A DNA stretch of 64,000 nucleotides, taken from assembly GCA_963710755.1 (NCBI GenBank), contig CAVQBK010000003.1, positions 896,001-960,000 of the forward strand, in the 5' to 3' direction. Positions 40,616 to 50,267 of this stretch are shown here, piece after piece; position 1 is the first letter of the stretch; each line of letters begins with the position of its first letter. Position numbers and translations under genes: made by a program. The notes beneath the pieces were generated by a model. It searched no databases and was not told the origin of the DNA. It saw only the letters and a list, made by a program, of their open reading frames with translations. Source of the stretch: an uncultured bacterium (GTDB lineage Bacteria; Oederibacteriota; JAAXVQ01; JAUVAV01).

Positions 40616-40619
40616 GCCT

Positions 40620-43235
40620 ATGAGTCAACCGACGTCTTTGCCAACTGTTGTTTTGGAAAAATTGCTTTCCCAGGTGGAAAAACCGGCCCGATACCTCGGG
40701 GGGGAATGGAACCAAAGCCGGAAACCCTGGGATCAGGCCAAGCTTAGGGTTGCCTTGGCTTTTCCTGATGTTTATGAAATCGGCATGTCCTATCTTGGTT
40801 ACCAAATCCTTTATGAACTGATCAATGAAACGCCGGACTTTTTGGCGCAACGTTGTTACAGCCCCCGGAGAGACATGGAAGCCCTGCTCCGTCACGAGCA
40901 GCTGCCGCTGTTTACGGTGGAAGAACAAAGACCGCTGGCTGCCTTCGATGTGGTGGGCATTACCTTGCAGCATGAAATGGCCTATACCAATGTGCTCAAT
41001 CTGTTGGACCTGGGGCAACTTACATTGGAACGCGAGGCGCGCAAGGAGAATCATCCCGTGGTGATCGGTGGCGGACCTTGCAGTTTTAATCCCGAACCCA
41101 TTGAACCAGTCTTTGATTTGCTGGTGCTCGGTGATGGGGAAGGGGTGATGCTGGAGATTCTGGAATGGTTAAAAACACATCCAAACCTGGATCGCCGCGA
41201 AAAAATTAAACAGTTGGGCCTTTTACCCGGGGTCTATGCCCCTGGTCATTATCAGGTTCATTACAGCGATTCAGGCAAACTGACAAGCATCACCGCTGAT
41301 GAGGGGTTTGCCTTGCCTGTCAAGCGCCGGGTGGAACCACCGCAAGCCCGTCCCCGCAGGCCGTTGGTGCCCTTTGTAGCGCCTATTCATGATCGCGTGA
41401 CCACCCAGCTCTTTCGCGGGTGTACCCGGGGTTGTCGCTTTTGCCAGGCCGGCATGACCACCCGGCCGGTGCGGGAAATGGACCCTGAGGTCAGCCGGGA
41501 TCATCTAATTAGCGCCCTCCAAGCCAGCGGTTATGAGGAAGCCTCTTTGACCTCCCTTTCTTCAGGGGACTATTCGCAATTGTTGCCTCTGGTTAAGCAG
41601 TTGGTGGATTATGGCCGGCGCCATGATGTGGCGCTTTCCCTGCCTTCTTTGCGGTTGGATTCCTTTGAACCTTCCTTGGCTCAATATATTCGCCAGGTGC
41701 GCAAAACAGGCTTGACCTTTGCCCCCGAGGCAGGCAGCACGCGCCTGCGTCAGGTGATCAATAAGGGCCTCGATGAAGATGATTTTGTACAGCGGTTGGG
41801 CCAGGTATTTCAGGAAGGCTGGGATCTGGTTAAACTCTATTTCATGATTGGCCTGCCCACGGAAAGCGACGAGGATATAGACGCCATCAGTCAATTGGTG
41901 CGCCGCATCCTGAAGACCGCCAACCAACAGCCGGGTGCGCCCAAGTCCAGAAAGCGCAGCGCCCGTGTGAATCTGGGCATTAACCTCTTTATTCCCAAAC
42001 CCCATACGCCCTTTCAATGGGAGCCGCAATTGGACCGCGCCACCGCTCTGCAACGGTTGTCCCGGGTGGAGGCTCAGATGCCCAAGGCCGCCGGCTTTCG
42101 GCTGGGCAAACGGGTACAGGAAGAATTGGACCGCAGTTATTTGGAGGCGGTGTTGGCCCGCGGTGACCGACGCCTATGGCCGGTCATCAAACAAGCCTGG
42201 ATTTTGGGAGCAACCTTCGACAGTTGGGGCGATTTGTTTGATTTCAGCAAGTGGCAGCAGGCTTTTAGCGAGACCGGTATAGATCCCGACACCTATGTGT
42301 TACAGGCGCGTGCCTTGGAAGACCGGCTGCCCTGGGATCACCTGGACAGTGGTGTAAGCAAGGCATTTTTAAAACGGGAGCTGGAAAGAGCCCGGCAAGG
42401 GCTCTTGACGCCCGACTGTTGCCGTGAGCAGCATTGTCAGACCTGTGGTTCCGCTAAGGAGCAGGATTGCCCGCTGCCGCCGGCCCGGCCCATGACAGAA
42501 ACCCCGGACTTGCGGCACCGGCCGCCCCGGCCGGAGCGTCCGGTTCTGAGAATACGATTGTCTTATGAGAAAAATGATGTTATACGTTTCATAGGCCATT
42601 TGGATATGGTCAATACCTGGAGGCGCGCCGCCCGACGGGCGGGCTTACCAGTGCACTATTCGCAAGGCTTTCATCCTCAACCAGCCATAGGCTTTGGGCC
42701 ACCGCTCCCCTTGGGGTACAGAGGATTTCAGGAATGGATGGACATTGGGTTGGATGCCGCCATGGCGCAGGCAGATGTGGTGACCAGGTTCAATGACTGT
42801 TTACCCAGCGGACTAAAAGTGCTGCAAGCCTATGCCATCGCTCTTTCCACTCCTTCCTTGAACGAATTGGTGAACGGCGGGGAGTACACTATCCGGTTGC
42901 TTACCGATTCTGATGAACAAGCGCTGATCATAAAGAAAATAGAGTCCTTTTGGTCCAGGACCGAGGTGCCACTGCCGCAATGGTCCAAAAAGGGCACGGT
43001 TACGGTCAATGCTCGGGTCGGGGTTTTAAAATTGGAGGCAGCCAACCCAGGTCCGGACGTCCTGGAGCTCACATTGCTCCATCAAAGCGGACTGCAGGGC
43101 GGGGTAAAGGTACCGACCTTGATGACTTACCTGACCCAAGATCTTAGCCGGTCCTGGGCTATGGACGTGGTTCGGTCGAAAACCGGTCGGCTTCAGCAAC
43201 AGAACCTGTTGATGCCCCTGGATAATGATCATTAG
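40620..43235 (+). CDS. TIGR03960-type B12-binding radical SAM protein fused to a TIGR03936-type radical SAM-linked domain
   Basis: 'KPARYLGGE.N', 'FPDVYEIGMS', CxxxCxxC 'RGCTRGCRFCQAG', 'TFAPEAG'; C-terminal 'FIGHLD...RA.RRA.LP..YSQGFHP.P'. Confidence 0.9.
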   Translation: MSQPTSLPTVVLEKLLSQVEKPARYLGGEWNQSRKPWDQAKLRVALAFPDVYEIGMSYLGYQILYELINETPDFLAQRCYSPRRDMEALLRHEQLPLFTVEEQRPLAAFDVVGITLQHEMAYTNVLNLLDLGQLTLEREARKENHPVVIGGGPCSFNPEPIEPVFDLLVLGDGEGVMLEILEWLKTHPNLDRREKIKQLGLLPGVYAPGHYQVHYSDSGKLTSITADEGFALPVKRRVEPPQARPRRPLVPFVAPIHDRVTTQLFRGCTRGCRFCQAGMTTRPVREMDPEVSRDHLISALQASGYEEASLTSLSSGDYSQLLPLVKQLVDYGRRHDVALSLPSLRLDSFEPSLAQYIRQVRKTGLTFAPEAGSTRLRQVINKGLDEDDFVQRLGQVFQEGWDLVKLYFMIGLPTESDEDIDAISQLVRRILKTANQQPGAPKSRKRSARVNLGINLFIPKPHTPFQWEPQLDRATALQRLSRVEAQMPKAAGFRLGKRVQEELDRSYLEAVLARGDRRLWPVIKQAWILGATFDSWGDLFDFSKWQQAFSETGIDPDTYVLQARALEDRLPWDHLDSGVSKAFLKRELERARQGLLTPDCCREQHCQTCGSAKEQDCPLPPARPMTETPDLRHRPPRPERPVLRIRLSYEKNDVIRFIGHLDMVNTWRRAARRAGLPVHYSQGFHPQPAIGFGPPLPLGYRGFQEWMDIGLDAAMAQADVVTRFNDCLPSGLKVLQAYAIALSTPSLNELVNGGEYTIRLLTDSDEQALIIKKIESFWSRTEVPLPQWSKKGTVTVNARVGVLKLEAANPGPDVLELTLLHQSGLQGGVKVPTLMTYLTQDLSRSWAMDVVRSKTGRLQQQNLLMPLDNDH

Positions 43236-43299
43236 CGGTTTTGCTGATGATATAAAAGATTAGTTGATGACTATTTTAAATGTTAAGAGAGGATAATGA

Positions 43300-44937
43300 A
43301 TGGTAAAAGGAAAACCCATTAGACGCACCCGGCCAATGTTGACACCATTGGCTTTGCAAGAACGGGAAATGATTATATCTGCTGATGATGAACTGACACG
43401 AATTGCTTTTTTAGAAAATGGGCGGTTGGCGGAATATTATGCCGAACGCCATGTGGAACGCACGGTGGTCGGCAATATCTACAAAGGCGTAGTCACGGCT
43501 GTGCTGCCTGGCCTGCAAGCTGCTTTTATTGATATGGGACTGGAGAAGAGCGGATTTTTGCATGCCCGCGATGTGCTTACGGGCACTATGACCATTGAGG
43601 ATTATATCCAGGCCAAGCAGGCCAGCAAAAATGAAGAAACCTTGAGCGCCGAGGAAGCTGTCCAACAGGAAACCAGACAGGGGAAAGGTCTTAGTAGCAG
43701 CGGCCGGGGTGGGAAAGTCCTGATACAAAATGTGCTCAAAAAAGGCGACGAACTCCTGGTGCAAATTGAGAAAGAACCGATTTCCACCAAAGGGCCGCGT
43801 ATTACCGGGCAAATCTCCCTGCCTTCACGTCTGGTGGTGCTTATTCCCCAAGCCGAGCATGTGGGGGTCTCTCATCGCATTGCCGATGAGAGTGAACGAA
43901 CCCGCTTAAAAAAGATCCTGGATACCTTGGTGCCCAAGGATTTTGGGGTTATTGCCCGCACCTCCGCCGTGGGCGCCACGGAAAATGATCTTAAATCAGA
44001 AATTAATTATTTGCTCAAGCTTTGGAAAAAAATCAAAGCCAAGGAAAAAAAAGTACGTGCCCCGGCGGTGATCCATGCAGAAGAAGGCTTGCTGCAGCGA
44101 GTGGCGCGGGACATGCTCAGTAAGGAAGACAATCGCATTATCATCGACGCCGGGGCGGATAACCGCAAGTTAAAACAATCGCTGGGCTTCATGCTGTCGT
44201 CCATTAAACCCAATATTGAACTCTACAAAGGCGATCAGCCCATATTTGAGGTGCTCAATCTGGAGGCAGAGATTGAAAAAGCCCTGCGCCCCAAGGTGTG
44301 GCTGAAATGCGGCGGCTATCTGGTTATTGAAGAAACGGAAGCTTTGGTGGTGGTGGATGTCAACACCGGCCGCAATGTAGGCAAAGGTCATCAGGACGAA
44401 ACCATTTTCAAAACCAATATGGAAGCAGCCGAGGAGATTGGACGGCAACTGCGTTTGCGTGATCTGGGCGGCATCATTGTCCTCGATTTTATTGACATGC
44501 GTCATGCTGATCAAAAAGAACGGCTCTTTAAAACCTTGTCCAAAATATTAACCCGTGACCGGGCCAAGACCAGCATCCGGCGGTTGACAGATCTAGGGTT
44601 GATTGAGATGACGCGCAAGCGGGTGAGAAGCAGCTTGCTTAGAACCTTGTGCGATCCCTGCCCGCTTTGCCAGGGACGGGGCTGGATCAGCTCCAAGGAA
44701 ACGGTGCGGATGAAATTAAAACGGGCCATGGAACGAGCCCGCCGGCTTACAGATGAAGCTGCCTTTCAGCTGGAGGTTTCGCCCCATTGGCGCTACCATA
44801 TCGGGGAAGAAGCCCTGTTGGAACAAGGCAGGAAACAAAAAATCAAGTTGAGTGTGGCTACCAAAAGTGACCTTAGGAGTGAAGAATTCCGCCTGCTTTC
44901 CACGGCCACGGGCTTGGTAATTGTGGGGAACGATTAG
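43300..44937 (+). CDS. rng: Ribonuclease E/G family (RNase G-like)
   Basis: 'GNIYKG.V..VLPGLQAAFID', 'KEPISTKGPR', 'DVNTG', 'RLRDLGGII.LDFIDM', 'CP.C.G.G'. Confidence 0.93.
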   Translation: MVKGKPIRRTRPMLTPLALQEREMIISADDELTRIAFLENGRLAEYYAERHVERTVVGNIYKGVVTAVLPGLQAAFIDMGLEKSGFLHARDVLTGTMTIEDYIQAKQASKNEETLSAEEAVQQETRQGKGLSSSGRGGKVLIQNVLKKGDELLVQIEKEPISTKGPRITGQISLPSRLVVLIPQAEHVGVSHRIADESERTRLKKILDTLVPKDFGVIARTSAVGATENDLKSEINYLLKLWKKIKAKEKKVRAPAVIHAEEGLLQRVARDMLSKEDNRIIIDAGADNRKLKQSLGFMLSSIKPNIELYKGDQPIFEVLNLEAEIEKALRPKVWLKCGGYLVIEETEALVVVDVNTGRNVGKGHQDETIFKTNMEAAEEIGRQLRLRDLGGIIVLDFIDMRHADQKERLFKTLSKILTRDRAKTSIRRLTDLGLIEMTRKRVRSSLLRTLCDPCPLCQGRGWISSKETVRMKLKRAMERARRLTDEAAFQLEVSPHWRYHIGEEALLEQGRKQKIKLSVATKSDLRSEEFRLLSTATGLVIVGND

Positions 44938-45033
44938 GCGGTACTTGAAGTTTCCCTAAACTTCCCGCAAGGTCATTGGATAATATCCGCCCGGTGGCTC
45001 AAAAGGCTGACCGTCAGGAAGGGGAGAAATCCC

Positions 45034-45759
45034 ATGTTTGAAAACATCAAAGCTATTTTTGAAAAAGATCCGGCCGCACGCAACCTGGTGGAAGTCATTT
45101 TTTGTTATCCCGGCTTGCATGCCCTTTGGTTGCATCGTTGCAGTCATTTTTTATGGGAAATCAAACTAAAAACCCTGGCCCGCATGCTGTCCAACTTTGG
45201 CCGGTTTCTCACGGCCGTGGAGATCCATCCGGCGGCTAAAATCGGCAAGAGTGTGGTTATTGATCATGGTTTTGGCGTGGTCATCGGTGAAACCGCGGAA
45301 GTGGGGGACCGGGTGTTGATTTATCAGGGCGTGACCCTGGGCGGGACGTCCCTGGAAAAAGTGAAACGCCATCCTACCATTGAGTCCGATGTGGTCATCG
45401 GTGCCGGAGCCAAAGTGCTCGGTAATTTACGGGTGGGCATGGGCGCCAAGATCGGCACCATGGCCGTGGTGGTACGCGATGTGCCGGCAGGGTGCACGGT
45501 GGTGGGCAATCCGGGTAAAGTGGTGCGCTTGGCTTCGGGCGAACGTCCGCCATCTCCCTTGGATCATAATAAACTGCCTGATCCGGTGGCCGATGTGGTG
45601 CACCATTTAGATAACCGAATTAACGCGCTGACCAAATTAATGGAAGAAAAAGGATGTTTTACATCGGAAGAGTTTGAACGGCGCCACATGGCCGAAGAAG
45701 AAGTGTATGTTAATTCTTTCCTGGAGCAAGACGCTAACCACAGTTCGAAGAAAGAATAA
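45034..45759 (+). CDS. cysE: Serine O-acetyltransferase
   Basis: 'KDPAAR', 'YPGLHA', 'EIHPAA.IG...IDHG.GVVIGET', 'QGVTLGGT', 'KRHPT', 'HNKLPDP'. Confidence 0.95.
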   Translation: MFENIKAIFEKDPAARNLVEVIFCYPGLHALWLHRCSHFLWEIKLKTLARMLSNFGRFLTAVEIHPAAKIGKSVVIDHGFGVVIGETAEVGDRVLIYQGVTLGGTSLEKVKRHPTIESDVVIGAGAKVLGNLRVGMGAKIGTMAVVVRDVPAGCTVVGNPGKVVRLASGERPPSPLDHNKLPDPVADVVHHLDNRINALTKLMEEKGCFTSEEFERRHMAEEEVYVNSFLEQDANHSSKKE

Positions 45760-46118
45760 ACTCAGGGTTGTGTCTCACGCATTTAGTATATTATACCGCT
45801 TTTTTTGAGATCCTGCGCGCCATCAGCAAAGTTGCTTTTTCGGTCCCAAAAGCAGGCTCGCGGAACAAGCCATGGGCCCTCTCCTTGGCGCCCTACCACA
45901 AAAGCCTTGAAATCATGGATGAGCCACGTTGATAAAGCTGAGCAACTAATGGCTCAGCCTCCTAGTGCCTGACCGTCCCAAAATCAGAAATTCCATGGGA
46001 GAAACACACTTTTGCTTGCGCAGGTTCATGAATTCAGCTAAAGTTAAGTCCTTTGATGCGGTGATTTTTCCATGCCTGCCTTATGACTTTGACAAGCATT
46101 ACATTGGGGAGAACGACC

Positions 46119-46898
46119 ATGATCAACCACAACCGTCCATCATTCAGGCAACTGATCAATTGGAAGCTTTTTTTTGTGCTATGGGGTGCAGCCCTGGTCA
46201 GTGTGGCCGCGCTCTTTCCTTATTTATTAGCCTTGCAAAAGGATGCTTTGGCCCATATTCCCTTACCTTTACCCCTGTTGCTGGTCCTAACCCTGGCTCA
46301 AAACGGTATTATCTTTGCCCTGGTTATCTTTGGGGGCTTATGGTTCGCCAAACAAGTAGGGTTGGGCCTGCCCTTGTTGGAACAGGTCCTGCAAAAGCAG
46401 ATACCCAGTCGTACTTGGTGGCCGAGGTTGGTTGTAAGTTTGGTCCTGGGGCTGGCCACGGGCGTGGTGATTGCTATCCTCGATCGCTGGTTTCATCATT
46501 TGGGGGTCACTCTGTCCTTGGGTCGAGAATCCCATCTTGTATGGCAAGGCCTGTTGGCGTCCTTTTACGGGGGCATTGGTGAAGAGTTATTAATGCGCCT
46601 GGGGCTGATGTCTTGCTTTATCTGGTTGTTTGTGAAGGTGTTCCACCCGCGCGATAACCGGGCCGTTATTTGGTTGTCCATTTTCATCACAGCATTGTTA
46701 TTTGGCCTGGGACACTTACCGGTTACAGCGTCCCTTTTGACGTTGACCCCACTAGTTATCATTAGAGCTCTGGTGCTCAACGGTCTGGGAGGATTGGTTT
46801 TTGGGTGGTTGTTCTGGAAACAGGGGCTGGAAGCCGCCATGGTGGCCCATTTTTCTGCGGATATCATTTTACATGTCTTTGCACCGTTGCTGGGATAG
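46119..46898 (+). CDS. CPBP (CAAX/Abi) family intramembrane metalloprotease
   Basis: 'GGIGEELLMR', 'FGLGH', 'GLEAAMVAHF..D'. Confidence 0.9.
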   Translation: MINHNRPSFRQLINWKLFFVLWGAALVSVAALFPYLLALQKDALAHIPLPLPLLLVLTLAQNGIIFALVIFGGLWFAKQVGLGLPLLEQVLQKQIPSRTWWPRLVVSLVLGLATGVVIAILDRWFHHLGVTLSLGRESHLVWQGLLASFYGGIGEELLMRLGLMSCFIWLFVKVFHPRDNRAVIWLSIFITALLFGLGHLPVTASLLTLTPLVIIRALVLNGLGGLVFGWLFWKQGLEAAMVAHFSADIILHVFAPLLG

Positions 46899-47025
46899 TG
46901 ATCTTGATGGCGGACCAACATCCGGTTATAAAGAAAAAAGGTATTGTATTAATTTTTGGACAGGCAGATAATTACGCCGTGGGCCATTCAGTACAGGGTC
47001 CCGGTTACTTTGGGAGGTGAATGAT

Positions 47026-47448
47026 ATGACAATTACCAAAGAAGAATTAATTGCAGGGTTAAACAAGGATCTGGAATGGGAGTATGCCGCAGCCGTTCAG
47101 TATGTGCAGCATGCGGCCGTGATTACGGGTCCTCAGTATGAAGGTATCCAGAAAGAACTGATTATTCATTCCCAGGAAGAAATGGCCCATGCGGTTATGG
47201 TCTCGGAACAAATTGATTTTTTGGGCGGGGTCCCCACGGTGGATGTGGAAGCCCGGGAAGTCTCGGCTCAAGGCAAAACCATGTTGGAACAGGATTTAAA
47301 AGGTGAAGAAGATGCCATCAGCCGATATAAAACCCGTATTGCCCAGGCTGAAGCCTTAAAGGAATACGGCCTGCGCCGGGTATTGGAAGATATTCTTTTA
47401 CAGGAAGAAGAACATAAGCGCGACCTTCTGACCGCTTTGGAAAAATAA
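47026..47448 (+). CDS. Ferritin-like (bacterioferritin-related) protein
   Basis: Di-iron motifs 'LEWEY.A..QY', 'EEMAH', 'E..AI..Y', 'EEEH'. Confidence 0.85.
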   Translation: MTITKEELIAGLNKDLEWEYAAAVQYVQHAAVITGPQYEGIQKELIIHSQEEMAHAVMVSEQIDFLGGVPTVDVEAREVSAQGKTMLEQDLKGEEDAISRYKTRIAQAEALKEYGLRRVLEDILLQEEEHKRDLLTALEK

Positions 47449-47538
47449 GGTTTTTTAGCCGGCTTACGGAATGCTGCCGCCAGGAGTCAATCCGCCTCCT
47501 GGCGGGCATTAAGCTTGATGGAAATCCACTTTCCTTCA

Positions 47539-47566
47539 TTGACAACCCTTTAAAAAACTGTAAAAT
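47539..47566 (+). promoter_or_regulatory. Sigma70-type promoter upstream of the spt fusion
   Basis: TTGACA (47539) - 16 bp - TAAAAT (47561). Confidence 0.6.
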
Positions 47567-47651
47567 TCTTGTTTATTCTTCCCGGAGGGCGTGGGCAGAG
47601 GCCTGCAGGGGCAAGGCCTATATGGCCATGATCTTGATCAGCTCGGAAATC

Positions 47652-47687
47652 AACACCGGGCAGTAAGCTGCCCGGTGTTTTATATTT
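47652..47687 (+). terminator. Terminator-like hairpin within the spt leader
   Basis: Perfect 12-bp stem AACACCGGGCAG/CTGCCCGGTGTT, loop TAAG, followed by TTATATTT. Confidence 0.6.
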
Positions 47688-47712
47688 AAAACCAATCATA
47701 GAGGTGTATGCA

Positions 47713-50055
47713 ATGGATCTTTTCGATAAGGCTTTTGAGTTTAATCGCCCCCAAGAGGTGATGGACCTGGGCCTTTATCCCTATTTTCGAATGAACGAGA
47801 CCGCGGTGGATACGACCACCATCATGAATGGCCGCAAAACCGTGATGATCGGATCCAATAATTACCTGGGATTAACCGCGCATCCGGAAGTTAAGGAAGC
47901 GGCCATGAAAGCTGTGGAGAAATACGGTACCGGTTGTACGGGTTCGCGCTTCCTGAACGGTACCATTGATCTGCATGTGGAATTGGAAGAAAAGCTGGCC
48001 AAGTTTATGAAAAAAGAGGCTGCTTTGGTTTATACCACAGGTTTTACCACCAATCAGGGCGTAATCTCCACTTTGGTACAGCGGGGCGATGTGGTCATAT
48101 CAGACCGTACCAACCATGCGTCTATTCTGGACGGATGCCGTCTTTCCTACGGCAAACTGATTAAATTCCGTCATAATGATATGGAGGATCTGGAACGTAT
48201 TTTAAAAAGCCTGGAAGGCAAAGATGTGGGGAAATTGATTGTGGTCGATGGCGTATTTTCCATGGAAGGCGATCTGGCTGATCTCCACCATATTGTACCC
48301 TTGGCTAAAAAATACGGCGCCCGGCTTATGGTGGATGAAGCCCATGGCTTGGGAGTGCTGGGTAAACGGGGCCGTGGCACCTGTGAGGAATTGGGGGTGC
48401 TGGATCAGGTGGATCTAGTCATGGGCACCTTCTCTAAGTCTTTTGCCAGTCTGGGTGGTTTTGTGGTAGGGGAAAAGAAAGTCATCAGCTACCTCAAACA
48501 TACGTCACGAGCTTTTATCTTTCAAGCTGCACCGCCACCATCGGCTGTGGCGGCGGCCTTGAAGGCTCTGGAAATTCTGCAACGCGAGCCGGAACGGCTG
48601 ACTAAATTGAAAGAAAACGTGTCCTACATGCTCAAAGAGATCAAGGCTGCCGGGTTTAGAACCTGGCCGACCGAGTCGGCTATTATTCCCATCATTGTTG
48701 GCGATGATCTCAAAACCTTCCAATTTTCCAAAATGCTCGAGATGGAAGGCGTCTATGTTAATCCTGTAGTCTCGCCCGCCGTACCTGCGGGATTCTCGGC
48801 TTTGCGAACTTCCTATACTGCCAAACATTCCCGGGAAGAGCTGGATTTTGCCTTGGAAAAATTAAAAAAAGTCGGTAAAGCCTTGGGCCTGATTGGGCCC
48901 AATGCGCCGGGCGCACCTGTAGATGTGATCCCGGTCACCAGCAGCAGCAAGGATAAAGAAAAAAACAAACGGTTGCAAAAGCAATTCATCCAATTGCCCT
49001 GGACTATTTACAAGCAGGATCCTCATTGGGTGCCGCAGGTGATTTCCGATGCAGAACGCATTTTTGACAAAGAGGACAACATTTTTTATAAACACGGTGA
49101 TGCCCAAGCCTTTGTGGTTCGACGGGGTGACAAGGTGGTGGGGCGTATTGTGGCGGCTATTGATTATCGAGCCAATGACCAGCTCAAGGAAAAAGCAGGG
49201 TTTTTCGGATTCTTTGAGGTCGATCATGATGTTAATGCGGCCCAGGCCCTGCTTCAAGCAGCACGAGATTGGCTGACTGAGCGGCATATGACCGTAATGC
49301 GAGGGCCCATGCCCTTTTCGTCCTTCGACGGGCTGGGTTGCCTGGTAGAAGGCTTTGAGGCTGGGCCGGCCATTATGATGCCCTACAATCCGGCTTATTA
49401 CGCCGAGTTTTTTGAAAAATTCGGGTTGGAAAAAAAGCAGGATTTGTATGCCTACTGGATCGATGCGCGCAAGTCCTTGTCGGACCGCTTGGAAAAGCTG
49501 GCCATACGCACTGAGGAAAAAGAAGGGGTTAAAGTACGTCGTCTGCGGGCCAGTCGTTTTCGCAAGGAAATGGCCAATATTATGGACATCTTTAATGATG
49601 CCAACAGTCAGGACAAACAGTACATTCCCCTAAGCCACAATGACCTGACCTTTTTAATTGCCAAGTTGAAACCAGTGATAGAACCGGAATTGGTGCATTT
49701 CGTGGAAGTAGATAAAAAGCCGGTAGCCTTCTCCGTCATTCTGCCTGATTACAATCAGGTGCTTAAGAAGATCGACGGCAAGATCGGTGTCACCAACTGG
49801 CTCAAATCTATTTTCTATTCCAAGCAGATTAACAGCGTTCGTTTTGCCATGCTGGGTGTGCGTAAAGCTTATCGACGTCGCGGCTTGGAAACGCTCTTGT
49901 ATGTAGAATCTTTTAAAGCAGCCAAGGCCTTGGGCTACACAGGAGGGGAATTGTCCTGGGTACCTCAGGAAGACAAAGTAGTCTCCAAAACCATTGAAAA
50001 AAACGGCGGGCAGCATACCAAAACCTACCGGCTTTATGAAATTTCCATTGCCTGA
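47713..50055 (+). CDS. Serine palmitoyltransferase (AONS-class PLP enzyme) fused to a bacterial ceramide-synthase-like GNAT acyltransferase
   Basis: N-part 'YPYFR', 'GSNNYLGL', 'GSRFLNGT', 'NHASI.DG', 'DEAH', 'GTFSKS'; C-part 'FI.LPW.IY..DPHWVP', 'GRI.A.ID', 'GFFGFFE', 'RGP', 'G.LVEGF', 'MPYNP.YY', 'LGV...YRRRGL', 'ELSW', 'KTYRLYE'. Confidence 0.82.
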   Translation: MDLFDKAFEFNRPQEVMDLGLYPYFRMNETAVDTTTIMNGRKTVMIGSNNYLGLTAHPEVKEAAMKAVEKYGTGCTGSRFLNGTIDLHVELEEKLAKFMKKEAALVYTTGFTTNQGVISTLVQRGDVVISDRTNHASILDGCRLSYGKLIKFRHNDMEDLERILKSLEGKDVGKLIVVDGVFSMEGDLADLHHIVPLAKKYGARLMVDEAHGLGVLGKRGRGTCEELGVLDQVDLVMGTFSKSFASLGGFVVGEKKVISYLKHTSRAFIFQAAPPPSAVAAALKALEILQREPERLTKLKENVSYMLKEIKAAGFRTWPTESAIIPIIVGDDLKTFQFSKMLEMEGVYVNPVVSPAVPAGFSALRTSYTAKHSREELDFALEKLKKVGKALGLIGPNAPGAPVDVIPVTSSSKDKEKNKRLQKQFIQLPWTIYKQDPHWVPQVISDAERIFDKEDNIFYKHGDAQAFVVRRGDKVVGRIVAAIDYRANDQLKEKAGFFGFFEVDHDVNAAQALLQAARDWLTERHMTVMRGPMPFSSFDGLGCLVEGFEAGPAIMMPYNPAYYAEFFEKFGLEKKQDLYAYWIDARKSLSDRLEKLAIRTEEKEGVKVRRLRASRFRKEMANIMDIFNDANSQDKQYIPLSHNDLTFLIAKLKPVIEPELVHFVEVDKKPVAFSVILPDYNQVLKKIDGKIGVTNWLKSIFYSKQINSVRFAMLGVRKAYRRRGLETLLYVESFKAAKALGYTGGELSWVPQEDKVVSKTIEKNGGQHTKTYRLYEISIA

Positions 50056-50267
50056 TTGGGGTTTATTGCTAAAAAGCTCATGGGCATGAAAGCTTTCCAT
50101 GGTGCGGTACATGTCATAGGCAATATGAAAAAAATATTTCCAGGGTAACGGCTATTTGTCCGGTGCCGAGGGGAAGCCTGTATCCTGCGCTGCAACATCT
50201 CTTTTCACCGACATGAAATCTTGGATCTACCGCCACCACCGTAGGCTCTATAACATGAGGAGCGTCT

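Noticed and set aside
40620-43235. Radical SAM fusion as a novelty
   Set aside because: TIGR03960-TIGR03936 fusions at this position between rodA and rng are already known.
45965-46582. 205-aa plus-strand ORF
   Set aside because: Alternative frame overlapping the CPBP gene; no RBS or motifs.
50140-50260. Cobalamin riboswitch-like words (GGTG...GGGAA...GCAAC)
   Set aside because: Spacing is too short, and no B12 box or supporting stems are present.
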